From Eledone cirrhosa (Eukaryota): 64,000 bases of DNA. Within the stretch, counting starts at the first letter, position 1; every line of letters begins with the position of its first letter. Under the pieces are notes generated by a model, which saw only the letters and a list, made by a program, of their open reading frames with translations, made no database searches and was not told where the DNA came from. A program made the translations under genes and the position numbers. Shown one piece after another: positions 1 to 13,402 of the stretch. The DNA is taken from the NCBI GenBank assembly GCA_964016885.1, contig OZ024742.1, forward strand, positions 43,958,001 to 44,022,000, in the 5' to 3' direction.

Positions 1-498
1 GCAGACCTAGAAAAACATGGGATGAGCTGATAAACTCCGACCTCATACACTTACACCTCTCCAAGACAATGTCACTGGACCGTGACCTTTGGCGGTACTC
101 AGTAACAGAGAAGACCCGCCTTGCCAGTAGGCATCTCTAACAAACTACACCCCGTCCCGCCACCACCCCCACCCCATCCACACCACCCCGTTCCATGTAA
201 AGTTATGTTGGTGCCGCGCCATCCAGGCCGAAACAAACGAGATCGTGTAGGTGTCACGACAAAAAAACACACAGTCCACGCTGTAATGTGGCCGTGTAGG
301 CAACACGGTAAAAACCTCCCAGACCCACACTGTAAATGTGGTTGGTGTTAGGAAGGGCATCCAACTGTAGAAAACCTGCCAGACAGTCCTATGCGAGCAA
401 GACAATCACTCTTGCCTCAAGTGGGACTACCCCCGTCCAAACCCATGCAAGCGTGGAACACGGACGTTAAACGTTGATGATGATGATGATGATGATGA
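1..498 (+). mobile_element. RTE LINE family 1 (subfamily A), 3' end
   Basis: Encodes RPRKTWDELI...EKTRL, followed by a 3'UTR and (GAT)n tail. Near-identical to 35452-35998 and to the reverse complement of 44975-45525. Confidence 0.88.
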
Positions 499-959
499 TA
501 TATTCAAAATCATCATCATCATCACCGTTTATCATCCATTTTTCCACGTTATTATGGGTTGGACAAGTTGTCCCATTGTGAGACAAGCCAGATCAGATAA
601 CCCTGTCTTGCTCATACAGAACTGTTTCTATGGCTAGATGCCTTTCCTAAAGGCAACCACATTTACAGTGTCAACTGGGTGCTTTTTATCATGGCACCAA
701 AACGGCCGCTTTGCAGTGTGGACTGGGTGCTTTCTTGTCATGACATCATGAACATTTTACATTGTGGATAAACACATACACACTCACCTAATAGACCCGT
801 GTCAATAATGAAGGCAATAGCATGTTGAATTTATTCAATTTTTAGAGCCCCGGATTGGTATGTCAGTTATACCAGGATTACTGGATATATGAGCAATCAT
901 ACAAACTGGGAAATTTGCATTGTGATAAATTGCTTGCATGAAAGAAACTGTAGAGTTTA

Positions 960-1079
960 TGGTAATTACTGTGGACTGGCATCCTGTCCAGGGGAAAGTC
1001 TTGTACTCTCAGTCACTTCATGCCATGAAACCGAGATAAGCAATGACCTAATGAGCCTTCTGGCTTAAGACAGCCTTTA
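960..1079 (+). mobile_element. V-domain-like SINE fragment
   Basis: tggactggcatcctgtccagggg...gaaaccgagataag matches the second copy at 58530-58720 and resembles the V-SINE central domain. Confidence 0.55.
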
Positions 1080-1509
1080 GATATATGTATAAATGACAAA
1101 AAGAATCAAATGTATGAATAGCTTTGAAGAAATAAACAGAACTCTGGACATTGTGTTTCAATTTTTTATTGATGTAATTTGAGTTACAGATATTTATACA
1201 TATATATACAAACACACATGGTATATTATTATGGTTGATAATTGATTCAATGCAATCTCTGTCTTTTTTATTTGTTTTTGTCATTCACCCTTCTAGTGCC
1301 TCTGCATATGTTACTCTTGTAGCAAATAAAGAAATTATTATTAAAGGTAATGGATTGGCATGCAGCTCAATAGACTGGTAGACAAAATGCCATGCAGTAT
1401 TTAGTTATGGTCGTTTATCTTCCAAATTCATATATTGCAGGGGTCCAATTTGCATTTTTATCCTGATGAAATAAAGTACTACTTAATTACTGGGGGTTGA
1501 TTTAACTTT

Positions 1510-1730
1510 GGCACCCTCCTCACTGCACCCTCTTCACTGTACCCCCCCTCACTGCACCCCCCCCCACCACCACCACCACTGCACCCTCTTCACTGCACCC
1601 CCTCATGCACCCTCTTCACTGCACCCTCTTCACTGCACCCTCCTCATGCACCCTCCTCATGCACCCTCTTCACTGCACCCTCTTCACTGCATCCTCTTCA
1701 CTGCAGCCCCTTCATTGCACCCTCTTCACT
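1510..1730. repeat. 14-bp minisatellite (gcaccctcttcact)n
   Basis: Direct inspection; degenerate units. Confidence 0.9.
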
Positions 1731-2026
1731 CAAATTACTGTCCTTGTGCCTATCTTAGAAACAGTTATTACCAAGGACTGGGATTGGCAGAATTGTTAGA
1801 GTGCCAGACAAAATATTTTGCTACATTTAATTACAACTCTTTATGTTCTGAGTTCAAATCCTGATGCAGTCAACTTTGCCTGTCATCCTTCTGGGGTTAA
1901 GATAAAGTAGCAGTCAATTACTTAGATCAATTTAACTATTACATTATTATATTTCTGATGAAAGACACTGCCTATGATTTTCAAATTATTTTGAAAATAA
2001 TGAGAAATATAGAGGGAATTTCCCCC

Positions 2027-2239
2027 TTAAACCTTTAGCATTTAAACCGGCCGTATCTGGCCAAAATTCTCTCGCCCCTTTCTGTTTAAACCAGCTCATA
2101 CTTATGTTAAGGTATTGTTCTCAAAATAGATATCAAAATCTCATAGATTCAATATTGTTTGAGATAATTATGTGAGGTAAAGCGTTTACCACAAAAATAC
2201 AATAGTAAATATAGAGTAATGTAAATGCTAAAGGGTTAA
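2027..2239 (+). mobile_element. TTAA-flanked piggyBac-like MITE, family M1 (copy 1 of 10), nested in an older MITE
   Basis: TIRs (a/c)cctttagcattt...aaatgctaaaggg with TTAA on both sides. Confidence 0.85.
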
Positions 2240-3325
2240 GTTGGTATTTGGAACATATCTTAACAAAAGTTCTTTATATACAATATACAGTTGACCTTGT
2301 GCCTCTTAGAAACAATTATTATGGGCGGTGGATTGTCAGATTGGTGGACTGGTAAAATGAAATGCATTGTGGTATATAGTTACATCCTTTTACATTCTGA
2401 GTCCAAATCCTTCAGTTTCACTTTCAATAGTTTGGGTACGAGGGAAGCACACAACAAATTAGCTTTGTTTAAATGTCAATACATGAAGACATCAACTAAG
2501 AGAAACTATGAACTTTTATTTTTGTATTTTTTAATAGTCCTTAACATTTGCATATTGATTTGTATTTAATATCTGGCTGCATGCATGGATGAATGTGTGG
2601 TTATCTGTACACATATATGTGTGTGTGTGTGTGTGTATGTACGCGTGTGCGCATGCACAGATACATAAACCTATTTATTCAAAGCTGGCAAAAATGTGTT
2701 TGTGTGTGCACATATATATATATATATGCCATCATCACTATTAAATGTCCATTTTTCCACACTGGCATGGGTTAGACGAGTTATCCTGTTGTGAGCAGTG
2801 CCAAGTCAGGTGACCATGTCTTACTCATACAGAACCGATTCTAGCTTGGTTTTTACAGCTGGATGCCCTTCCTAACGCCAACCTCATTTACAGTGAGTGC
2901 TGGATCCTTTTTGTTGTGACACTTACATGGCCACTTTACATGTGTGTGTGTGTATAAAACATGTATGCATGTGTATGTTGAAAGATATGTGTGTCTGTTA
3001 TATTTATCATAATCTCCATTGCCCTTTCATAACCAAATGTACCATTTATCACAGTGATAAATTAAGTGATAAATTACATAATTTTGTTTCTGCCTTTTTA
3101 ATAATACACTTTTGCTGCATTTCATTATAGCAGAGAGGGGGGGGGGGGGGTAGATGATGCAATGTCTACTTAATGTAAACAACTAAATATATACATACAT
3201 TCTGTATTGTATTCAGACATACACAATATGTCTGGAAATATAAGATGGTATAGTCAACACTAGAAACCTTTCAATCATAGGTCTGTCTGCTCAATCATGA
3301 TTGACCTAAGACTAAACAGTTTGAG

Positions 3326-3365
<40 letters not shown>

Positions 3366-3577
3366 CATGCATATATATATATATATATATGAGAGAGAAA
3401 TAAATAGATAGACAGAAAGAAAAGAAGCTGATTGTCAGATCAGACCATGGAAACCTTTTCTATTGGTCTTTCCACTGCTGATACTATCCGCTAGACACAA
3501 TCTATATACACACACTATAATTATTGCCATCATCATTTAATGTCTGTTTTCCCTGCTAGAATATATATATATATATA

Positions 3578-3912
3578 TCATCATCATCACCATTGTTTAA
3601 TGTCCATCTTCCATGCTAGCATGGGTTAGACGGGATTGTCCCACTTGAGGCAAGATTGGTCGGGTGACCGTGTCTCGCTCATATAGAACTGTATCTGACA
3701 GGTTTTCTACAGCTGGATCCCCTTCCTAACACCAACTACATTTACAGTGTGGACTGGGAGCCTTTTTACCGTATGTCCTACATGACCACTTTACAGAGAA
3801 GGGGTGGTGTGGGTGGGAGTAGGTGTAGTGGTGTGGGAGGATGGAGTAAGTGTAGTAGGGTGGGGTGTATATTTGGTTAAGAGGTACCTATTAACTGTAG
3901 GTTTAACTTTGA
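3578..3912 (-). mobile_element. RTE family 1 3'UTR fragment (subfamily B), between (TA)n tracts
   Basis: Reverse complement of parts of 9545-9946. Confidence 0.8.
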
Positions 3913-3997
3913 TATATATATATATATATAGTTGATGATAATATTACACAAGGTGGTTAAACTATTTACTGTCTTGCTCTTTCACGCTCCCCCCTCT

Positions 3998-4955
3998 CGT
4001 GCTCTCTCTCTCTCTCTCTCGCTCTCCCCACTGGCTCTCTCTCTCTCGCTCTCCCCACTGGCTCTCTCTCTCTCGCTCTCCCCACTGGCTCTCTCTCCCT
4101 CGCTCTCCCCACTGGCTCTCTCTCTCTCGCTCTCCCCACTGGCTCTCTCTCTCTCGCTCTCCCCACTGGCTCTCTCTCTCTCGCTCTCCCCACTGGCTCT
4201 CTCTCCCTCGCTCTCCCCACTGGCTCTCTCTCTCTCGCTCTCCCCACTGGCTCTCTCTCTCTCGCTCTCCCCACTGGCTCTCTCTCTCTCGCTCTCCCCA
4301 CTGGCTCTCTCTCTCTCGCTCTCCCCACTGGCTCTCTCTCTCTCGCTCTCCCCACTGGCTCTCTCTCCCTCGCTCTCCCCACTGGCTCTCTCTCCCTCGC
4401 TCTCCCCACTGGCTCTCTCTCTCTCGCTCTCCCCACTGGCTCTCTCTCTCTCGCTCTCCCCCACTGGCTCTCTCTCTCTCGCTCTCCCCACTGTCTCTCT
4501 CGCTCTCCCCACTGTCTCTCTCTCTCTCTCGCTCTCCCCACTGTCTCTCTCCCTCTCTCTCCCCACCGTCTCTCTCCCTCTCTCTCCCCACTGTCTCTCT
4601 CCCTCTCTCTCCCCACTGTCTCTCTCCCTCTCTCTCCCCACTGTCTCTCTACCTTTCTCTCCCCACTGTCTCTCTACCTTTCTCTCCCCACTGTCTCTCT
4701 CCCCACTGTCTCTCTCCCTCTCTCTCTCTCCCTCTCTCTCCCTCTCTCTCCCTCTCCCTCTCTCTCTCTCCCTCTCTCTCCCCACTGTCTCTCTCCCTCT
4801 CTCTCTCTCCCTCTCTCTCCCCACTGTCTCTCTCCCTCTCTCTCCCCACTGTCTCTCTCCCTCTCTCTCCCCACTGTCTCTCTCCCTCTCTCTCCCCACT
4901 GTCTCTCTCCCTCTCTCTCCCTCTCTCTCCCCACTGTCTCTCTCCCTCTCTCTCT
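3998..4955. repeat. Pyrimidine-rich minisatellite: 27-bp unit ctggctctctctctctcgctctcccca, grading into a ~25-bp ctgt variant
   Basis: Direct inspection; 9-aa periodicity in the spurious ORFs. Confidence 0.95.
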
Positions 4956-5149
4956 TACCCTTTCTACAATACCGTCTCACTTTCTAATTCTCATTATTTC
5001 CACTCTTGTTAGATGTCTCCATATTATGGCAGAAAACCAAACTGTGTTTCTATTTCATTTCCAAAATTCAGTTAAAATATAGCAGAACTGAAATAAATTA
5101 GGTGTTATTGCCAGGAATGGTGTCCAACACAGCTGCCAGATTGTCCAGA

Positions 5150-5500
5150 CTTTGTAACACAATCTGTTTTTGTCTTTAGAACTACAGATATCCAAATTGT
5201 TTGTATATTTAGATTCAATCACCAGCATCAACTTGGTGAATTCAACAACAGGCCCAGGTTTCACTGCCTGACAAGCTGAAGATTGCAAGCTATTAAAGCA
5301 TTGGTTGTTTTTTGATAGGTTTGTTGTTGAACAGTGGAACCTTCTGGTGTTCTGGGTCCCCAAACCATTTCTCTATCTGTTACTACTGAGATGGAGTTAG
5401 CTACCCACAAGAGAGTGAGTGTCCTGCTATTGGAATGGCTATTTCAATGCTTCTCCTTTGCTATCCTCCAGGGTAATGCTTTCTCTGCAGTGACCATGGT
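5150..5500 (+). mobile_element. Degenerate 3' end of an RLE-type (CRE-like) non-LTR retrotransposon
   Basis: Frameshifted translation LDSITSINLVNSTTGPGFTA*QAEDCK... / VEPSGVLGPQT...EWLFQCFSFAILQGNAFS resembles the RLE C-terminus (A..AE.RK..KY; ET.G..G; LFQRISLAI.RGNA). Confidence 0.6.
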
Positions 5501-5689
5501 GTGGAATGTGCCTGGAGTACTGCATATTGGAGCGGCAGAGTGGATAAACAAGATGAGGTGGGGCCATGGCAACCTTTCATTGACTGGTTTGTGTTGTTAC
5601 CATTGGCCACTACATACATCAATTGAATACTTACATCAAAAGTGATTAATGTTATATAAGTTTAATCTCTCATTGAGTCATGGAGGTAT

Positions 5690-5850
5690 TTCAAGCATGG
5701 TTAAGCACTTAAGTTTGCTGCACAGTTATAAAATCTCTAGTTTGACCCTACTATGTGGCATCTTGAGCAAGATATGTACCATAGCCTTGGGTCAACCCAA
5801 TCTTTGTGGGTGAAATTGGTTAGACAGATATTGTATGTAAGCCCATCAGA
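5690..5850 (+). mobile_element. Degenerate tRNA/CORE-type SINE
   Basis: Similar to the copy at 27761-28095 (tRNA-like head, ...gcaag..tactatagc...gaagcccat). Confidence 0.55.
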
Positions 5851-6234
5851 TGGATAAGACATATCATTCCAGTCTTGTCACATTGCATCATTGATTGAAA
5901 ATTGCAATAAGGGTACACGTGTCTGTGGAATACTAAACTACTTAGATGTTAATTTGCAAGCTGGCTGTTCAGTTGATCGAGTGACTGAATGCTTATTGTC
6001 AAAATCAACTGAGGGTCGATCATACAGCTAAGTGAGGTGTGCATCTAGCCATGGTGTATATATGTAGCTAAGTTGGGTGTACATACTTATGGTACTTAGC
6101 TATATATATATAAGTGGTTAAGGTGCTCACAATTGTAAAGTTATGAGTTTGATTCCCAGACCAAGAGGTGTGTTGTAGTATTAAGCAAGGCGCTTTATTT
6201 GATGTTGCTTCAATCCACACAACTGGCAAATTCA

Positions 6235-6800
6235 AGGGGCTTTTGACAAAGTACATTGATCCATTATCTGGTGGTTCTTAAGGAAATTATGTGTAGAAGA
6301 ATGGCTTGTGAGAGCAGTGCAAGCCATGTACAGAGGAGCTGTCAGTAAAATTAATGTAGGAAATGAGTTTAGTGAGAAATTCAAGGTACAGGTAGGAGTT
6401 CATCAATGTTCAATTCTTAGCCCACTGCTGTTCATTATAGTCCTTTAGGCCACGATAGAGGAGTTTAAAAAGGGATGCCCATGGGAACGTCTCTATGCAG
6501 ATTATTTGGTCCTTATAGCCGAATCCTTAAAAGAACTAGAAAATAAGTTGTCTATGGAAGCGGAATTTGAAATTAAAGGGTCTGAAAGTAAACTTAGTCA
6601 AAACTAAAGTGCTACTTAGTAGGAAAGAAGATAGGACTCTGATCCCTTAAGGAATGTGTCACTCCTCAATATGTAGAAAAGGAGTATATATAAACTCCAT
6701 ATGGTGTACACAATGTAAATCTTGGGGACACAAGAGATGTAGAGGGATAACAGGTAGATCAACAGGAAAGAAAGACTTTGTATGTAGATTCACAGGAGTT
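6235..6800 (+). mobile_element. Old, degraded RTE RT fragment
   Basis: Translates to WWFLRKL, VGVHQ.S.LSPLLF, CPWE.LYAD, GLKVNLVKTK and a Cys/His finger; many stops and frameshifts. Confidence 0.85.
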
Positions 6801-7459
6801 ATATATATATATATGTTTAGATGGCCTCCTAATAGGTTTCTTGGGTGTATTAACAATAGGGGCCCCAGTCTTATCATAAATATATGCAGTCTATACTTAC
6901 ACAAACATCTATTTAGAGTTATCTATTGTAAAAGAAACTTAGAAGTTCTCAGAGATCCCTGACTGTTATTTCTAACATTGGCTGATAGTTCTGGTAGTGT
7001 GTGAGCCAAGCTCAAAATTTCAAGTATTTTGTTAAAAACGCAATATGCATCTTCTTCTTGAGTCATCCCTCCATCGAAGGTGAAGCTGCCTTTCACATTG
7101 CTCCTGTCCCCTCAGCTGAAAAAAATAAGTACCAGCAGCAATAACCCCTGCAGTGGACTGATATCTGGCCCATTGGTAGGTGGGGGTATCTTTTTCAGGA
7201 TAGGACTGGAGGTCCTATCATTAAGATACCCAAGGAATCTCTTATGAGATGAAACCACATAGGAGGCTAAACATGTATAGGTTGATCTGTAACAACACAC
7301 ACGTGTACACATACTTTCACACACACAGAATTTTTGTTTTTGCTGTGGTACAAAGATGTGAGTGTTCAATACAACTTTATATTGAAAGTGAGGGTCTAAT
7401 ATTTTAGTTTTATTAGATAAACAAAGATTATATTCCTAAACCACTGTTTCATTTGATAT

Positions 7460-10400
7460 CATCGTCATTAGTTAATGTCCATTTTCCAGTGCAGGCATAG
7501 TTTGAACAGGTCATTGCAGTTCTTATTCAGATTTGGGGAATACACACTCACACTCTCTCATTCTCTTTCACATATACATCATCATCATACATCAATTTTT
7601 CCATGTTTGATTGGTCTTTTCCTGCAAAACCTCCCTCCACTCGTATTCCTTCATCTCCTCTGTGAGATTCTGCATTTTGTTATCAACCCTAACCACCTCT
7701 GCCCAGGTTTTCTTAGTTTTCCTCTATTGCAGCTTCGTTTTACAAGCATCTCCTGGCAATTCTCATGCAGACATACAATCTACCTTTTGCTTGAAGGGAA
7801 AATCCTTTTGTTATCAACAGAAGTAGTAGTTTTTCCAGCCTGTTCTAGCTATTATACTTTTAGATCAACTTCCTCTACTTCTAAGGTCACCTAAGTAATA
7901 GAATCTATCAACTATTTTTATTGTACCTCCTGTGATTGGAAAAGGATTATTTCACTGCTGTTCTTACTACTAACCACCCTTGTGAATCTATCACATACAA
8001 AGTCTACCTTTTCGGTTAGCTTACCTGCTATCCCTCTACACCTTTTGTGCACACATATCTTACATTGTGTACTCTGTATAGAGTTCCTACTTACTCCTAT
8101 TCTACATATCAAGCGAGGCCACATCTCTGATGTCTTGTCCTTTTTCCTCCTTACTAAAGCTTTCATTTTTATGTTTACACAGAACCCTTTTCGTTCTAAA
8201 TTCTGATTTCACATCAAGAATTTTTTCTCTAATTCTTACACAGATTCAGTTTTAAGAACCAGGGCATCAGCATATAGAAGTTCCCATGGGCAGCTACTCT
8301 TAAAGACCCTTGTAATAAATAGGAGTGGGCTGATGACTGAATCCTGATGACTTCTTAACTGCACATTGATGTCCTCACTAAACTCATTACCTACTCTCAT
8401 TCCACTGACAGCATCTCTGTACATGTGCATTGCTCTCGCAAGCCACTCATCTACACACAGTTTCCTTAAGGACCACCAGATAACAGGTCATTCTATTCTG
8501 TTAAAGATCTTCTCCTGAACAACAACAATTTAGATATAGTGGCCTTCAGGCTATAACAGAGGAGTTTAAGACCGGCTGCCCATGGGAACTTCTATACGCA
8601 GATGATCTCTCATAGCTGAGTCTATGGCTGAACTAGAGAAGAAATTCCAAACATGGAAGCATGGCCTAGAATCAAAAGGCCTTAAAGTTAACTTGCCTAA
8701 GACTAAAGTTCTAGTATGTAGAAAGGAAAATAGGGCGCATGTGCCCTCTGGGAAATGGCCATGTTCAGTGTGTAGGAAAGGAGTAGTTAGAAATTCCATT
8801 TTATGTCCCAAATGCAAACTATGGGTACATAAAAGATGTAGTGGGATCACAGGTAAACTATCTAAGAACGTAGATTTTATGTGGCCGATGCTCAGGTGCA
8901 ATAAATAGCAAGTGTCCACAGGATACTAGCTCCTTCTATTGCCCAGATGGTTCTATAGAAATAGTGGACACTTTCCATTACCTGGGTGACGAAATCAGCA
9001 GTGGTGGAGGGTGCTCTGAAAGTACAGTAGCCAGAGTCAGAACGGGATGAAAAAGGTTCAGAGAGCTTATACCGCTGTTGGCCACAAAAGGTTTCTCTCT
9101 AAAAATGAAAGGCAGATTGTATGATGCCTGTATACGAACATCAATGTTACATGGCAGTGAGACATGGGTATTGTGTGCAGAGGATCTACGCAGACTGCAA
9201 AGGAATGAAGCATGCATGCTCCGTTGGATGTGTAATAGGAATATATACGAATGGCAAAACATAAATGAACTAAGTGAGAAATTAGGAATAAGAGGGATCA
9301 GATGCTGTTTACTTGAGAGAAGACTACGTTGGTATGGTCACGTGATGCACATGAAAGATGACAGCTGTATAAAAAAAGTGCAGGGCAATCAAAATTGATG
9401 GAAGTTACGGAGTAGGTAGACCCAGAAAAACCTGGGACGATTTGATAAATTCCCACCTTACACACTTGCACCTCTCTAAGACAATGTCACTGGACCGAGA
9501 TCTTTGGCACCACACAGTAATACAGAAGACCCGCCTTGCCTATGTACAAAGCGAAACCTACAGTCAGTAGGCACCTCTTAACCAAATATACACTCCAACG
9601 CACTACCCCTACTCCACCCTCCCACTCCCACCAACACCACCCTTTCTCTGTAAAATTATGTTGGTACCACAACATCCAGTCTAAACTGAGGTCGTGTAGG
9701 TGTCACAACAAAAAAACACACAGTCCACGCTGTAATGTGGCTGTGTAGATAGCACAGTAAAACCTCCCAGTCCACACTGTAAATGTGGTTGCTGTTAGGA
9801 AGAGCATCTAGCCGTAGAAAACCTGCCAGACAGTCTTATACGAGCGAGACACGGTCACCCGACCAATCTTGCCTCAAGTGGGACAATTCCCGTCTAATCC
9901 ATGCTTGCATGGAAGATAAACGTTAAACGGTGATGTTGATGATGATGGTTGACACTTAGCTAGAAACTTATCTTGTAATTGTTTCACTAAGAAGAGGGTA
10001 TTTGTGGTACTCCTTTCTGGCACAAAACCAAACTATATCTCGTCTAATGTAATTCTTAATTAGTTATGCTAACACCAGTTTTATGCTACTGTAGTTGCTC
10101 CTTTCCAGACCATTACCTTTTCCCATTATGACAATTAATGATTATACTGCTGCACCAATCATTGGGTATGACACCATCATGTATTACCTAATCGATTATG
10201 TGACTTGCTTGTCTCCTACTTCAGATTATTTCAGCATTTCAGCAACTATTTCTGACAGTCCAGCAGATTTTCCATTTTTCATTTCCCTGATTGCTTCTTT
10301 GACCTTATAACTGTCAACTTCAATAGCTGGTCCCTTAGTTGGATCTCATGGGAAATAGTCCCTCTCTCTTCCACTCATTTTCCACATTTATCAACCTCTC

Positions 10401-10780
10401 ATAGTAGCATTTCCAAGCCTCTTTCTTCTGAGTATCAGTGAGACTAAATGCACTAGTCGTTTCAAATACAATTCTCAATGACATCTTAATTCACACACAC
10501 ACACACATTGCTTTGCATTGCTGAAAACCTCTTGTTTTCTCCTTCTTTACATGCTGTGTAATCTTGTTGTTTAGCTTCTCTTTCTGTTACTTGATATTGC
10601 TATTCACTGCCTCCAGTCTTTCCATGCTTGTCTCTTAGTTTTAAAGGCTCAGTCTACTGTGCTGCTCCAATCATAGATCTCATCAGTAGCCTAAAGCAGG
10701 TTGTCCAGTAGAAACTTCAATTGTCCTATGTCATACATATCTATTTCCTCCTTCTCCTCCCTCACGTATGTGTTGTGTAG
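7460..10780 (-). mobile_element. Old RTE copy interrupted by a younger antisense RTE
   Basis: 7918-8540 (ELLYADA, HKRC finger) is colinear with 9947-10780 (FGFV, upstream RT) when aligned to the 37780-38900 copy. Degraded 3' part at 7460-7760. Confidence 0.75.
8543..9946 (+). mobile_element. 5'-truncated RTE LINE family 1 (subfamily B)
   Basis: CPWELLYADD, GLKVNL.KTK, C4HC3 finger, YLG, HGSETW, RRLRWYGHV, GRPRKTW, 3'UTR and (GAT)n tail. Confidence 0.93.
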
Positions 10781-11094
10781 AGCTTTTATAAACCTATATT
10801 TAAAAGAGAAGTCCTTGAGCTTACACAACTGTAAATATGGTTGGCATTAGGAAAGGCATCCAGCCATAGAAACCAAGCCAGAAACAGTTCTATATGAGCA
10901 AGATATGGTCACCCGACCCAACTTGCCCTAATGGGACAACCCGTCTAACCCATGCTAGCGTAGAAAATGGATGTTAAACGATGATGATGACACAGACAAA
11001 ATTACACAGACCTATTCTAGTTGAGCTATTGAGGTGCTCTTTCTTGTCCTTCTTAGGCTCTGTTTCTCTTTTCCAAAAATGTTGGTTATGTATA

Positions 11095-11126
<32 letters not shown>

Positions 11127-11301
11127 TTACACATACTCAAGGATTGTTTTAAATTGTTCCAAAAGATTTACACCTCAAAGGCAAGAGTTCTCTCCCTTCC
11201 CACCACTCAAAATTCACTCACTCTCCCAAAGGGAGTTTTAGTCTTGAAATAGTGAGGATAATCTCAGTTGATTGACATTCTTTACTTGCCTTCCATCAAG
11301 A

Positions 11302-11407
<106 letters not shown>

Positions 11408-12761
11408 AACAATATTTTTAAAATAGTGTAAAAATTTAGACAAGCAATAAATGTAATAATTAGAAGATCTGTTAATTAGAAAATTTATTTTCTAGTCTAA
11501 CCAACTCTTGACAGAAAAGCCAATTTTTATTTTAATTTTATTAAGCCATGGGAGGGAGGAGTGGCATTGCCAGTGACCTTTGCAAGAAAGCCTTAAATAA
11601 TCAACTGACATTATTGTCTGGAATGTTCTGAAAATAATTTGCCAAAAATGACAACACTTACAAATAATAATAATTTCTCAGATTGGCGCAAGTCCACACA
11701 TTTTTAGGGCCGAATCTATTTCTAATAGCTGACTGTTATTTTATTGTATTGAGTCCTGAGGGATGAATGTCAATGCTGACAGCATTCAATTTCAGTATGT
11801 AGAAGACATTTAGTAACAAAAAATATAGCAAGCTGTACTCCATTTGTTGTTGATGATAATTTTATTGTTGTTGATGTTGATGCATGGTGTTATTTGGAAT
11901 TGCGGAATTGGTAGAACTGAACCAAATATCTTGCAATGTTTTAGTTATATCATCTCTTTATGTGAAGTTCAAATCCATTTGAGGTTGATTTTTCACTTTT
12001 TCCCCTCGTCAGATTTGATAAAGTACCAAAGTCTTGTCATTGTTTGAGTCTAGCTGAAAATGGTATGAGATCACTCAGCTTTGAGGAGCAGAGTCTACTG
12101 AAAGAGTGATAGAAAATGCAGAGTGAGGAGACAGCATGTCTATGGACCGTAGGTTTGTGTTGGTGGGCAGCTCAATCCCACCTCCTGTTTGCTCTATCCA
12201 CAGGCGCCACACGGTTTCTGCAATCTGTGAACTCAATTATACTTTTTCATATTCTTTATACTACCCATTACAAGATACTTTCATCTTTCCAGGGTTAAGA
12301 TAAAATACCAGTCAAGTACTTGTGTTGATATACTCGACTTTCCCCTCCACCAAATTGCTGGACTTGTGTCTAAATTAGAAATCATTAGATATCATTATTT
12401 CTATCCATAGAAAATCTGCCAAACAAAGGAACAGGAATACACTTCAGTTTCATGAAGATCATGACTAGTTCCCTTGTGCTGGTGCCATGATAAAATCCAC
12501 TGAGTACAAGAGGATACAGTTGTAGAAACCATGCCAAAAGTGGAATGTTTATAAGCCAAATGTGGCCCCCAGTCTGTCTAGATGGACAATAGCTCCAATT
12601 AAGTACTGATTTAATCTGTAACAACCCATCTAACTTATACCAGCATGGAAAAGAAGACAGACATAAAATGATTTCAAGCTTTGTTACAGTTATTGTGTCC
12701 ATGACATACATCCATACTGAACTCATCTTATATGACTACAATAAGAAGGATACAGCTTCAT

Positions 12762-13402
12762 TTAACTCTTTCATTACCATATTTCTCATATTTGAATTAA
12801 GGAAGTGGCTATGTAGCCAGTCCTGGTAAAATAGACTCCCGGGCTATGTAGCTGGTAAGAGTGTCAGACACCATGAGTTGCAGCCTGAGTTAAGACGGTT
12901 TGAAATCTTTTCCACCATCAATTGTTAAAAAACAATTTGTGACATACGTTACGCTTGAGTTACAAACACACAGTTCCATGGCTTAAGAATTTTATTTCGA
13001 AATTAAGAATTTTAGCAGAAAGTCATGACCTAGGTTAAAGATTGTAGTCACTACCGGGGTTCTAAAACACTATTATTTAGTGGTAAAATAAGCTACCAGG
13101 ACCCCGGCTAGAGTTGCATCCTTTTAGGGTTTATCGGTAAAATAAGCTTAAAAAGTATGTTTGTTTATTTTGCCGGACTGGCTACATAGCCTATTCAATT
13201 AATTAGTAAAGAATTTGAAATGATTTCTTAAAATTATCCATTTTTTCATCATTGCAATAGTATTTGTCACATAATTTATCAAAACGTTTATATATCAAGT
13301 TATGTTGGAAGAGTTTAATTTAAATAGAAACCCTTTAAAATAAGGGGTTCTGTTTCATAGAATCAGATGTAGTTTTGAGTGGGTTGGTATCGGAAAGGTT
13401 AA
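12762..13402 (+). mobile_element. Older TTAA/piggyBac-like MITE (family M2) carrying a nested insertion
   Basis: ttaactctttcattaccatatttc ... ggttggtatcggaaaggttaa; same family as 16074-16324. Confidence 0.7.
12801..13198. mobile_element. Non-autonomous TIR element (Kolobok-like?)
   Basis: ~26-bp inverted repeats ggctatgtagccagtcc(t)ggyaaaata at 12807 and ending 13191; TTAA just outside both ends. Confidence 0.65.

Noticed and set aside
3932-5012. Long ORFs (200-350 aa) on both strands
   Set aside because: Translations of the CT-rich minisatellite; low complexity and open in nearly all frames.
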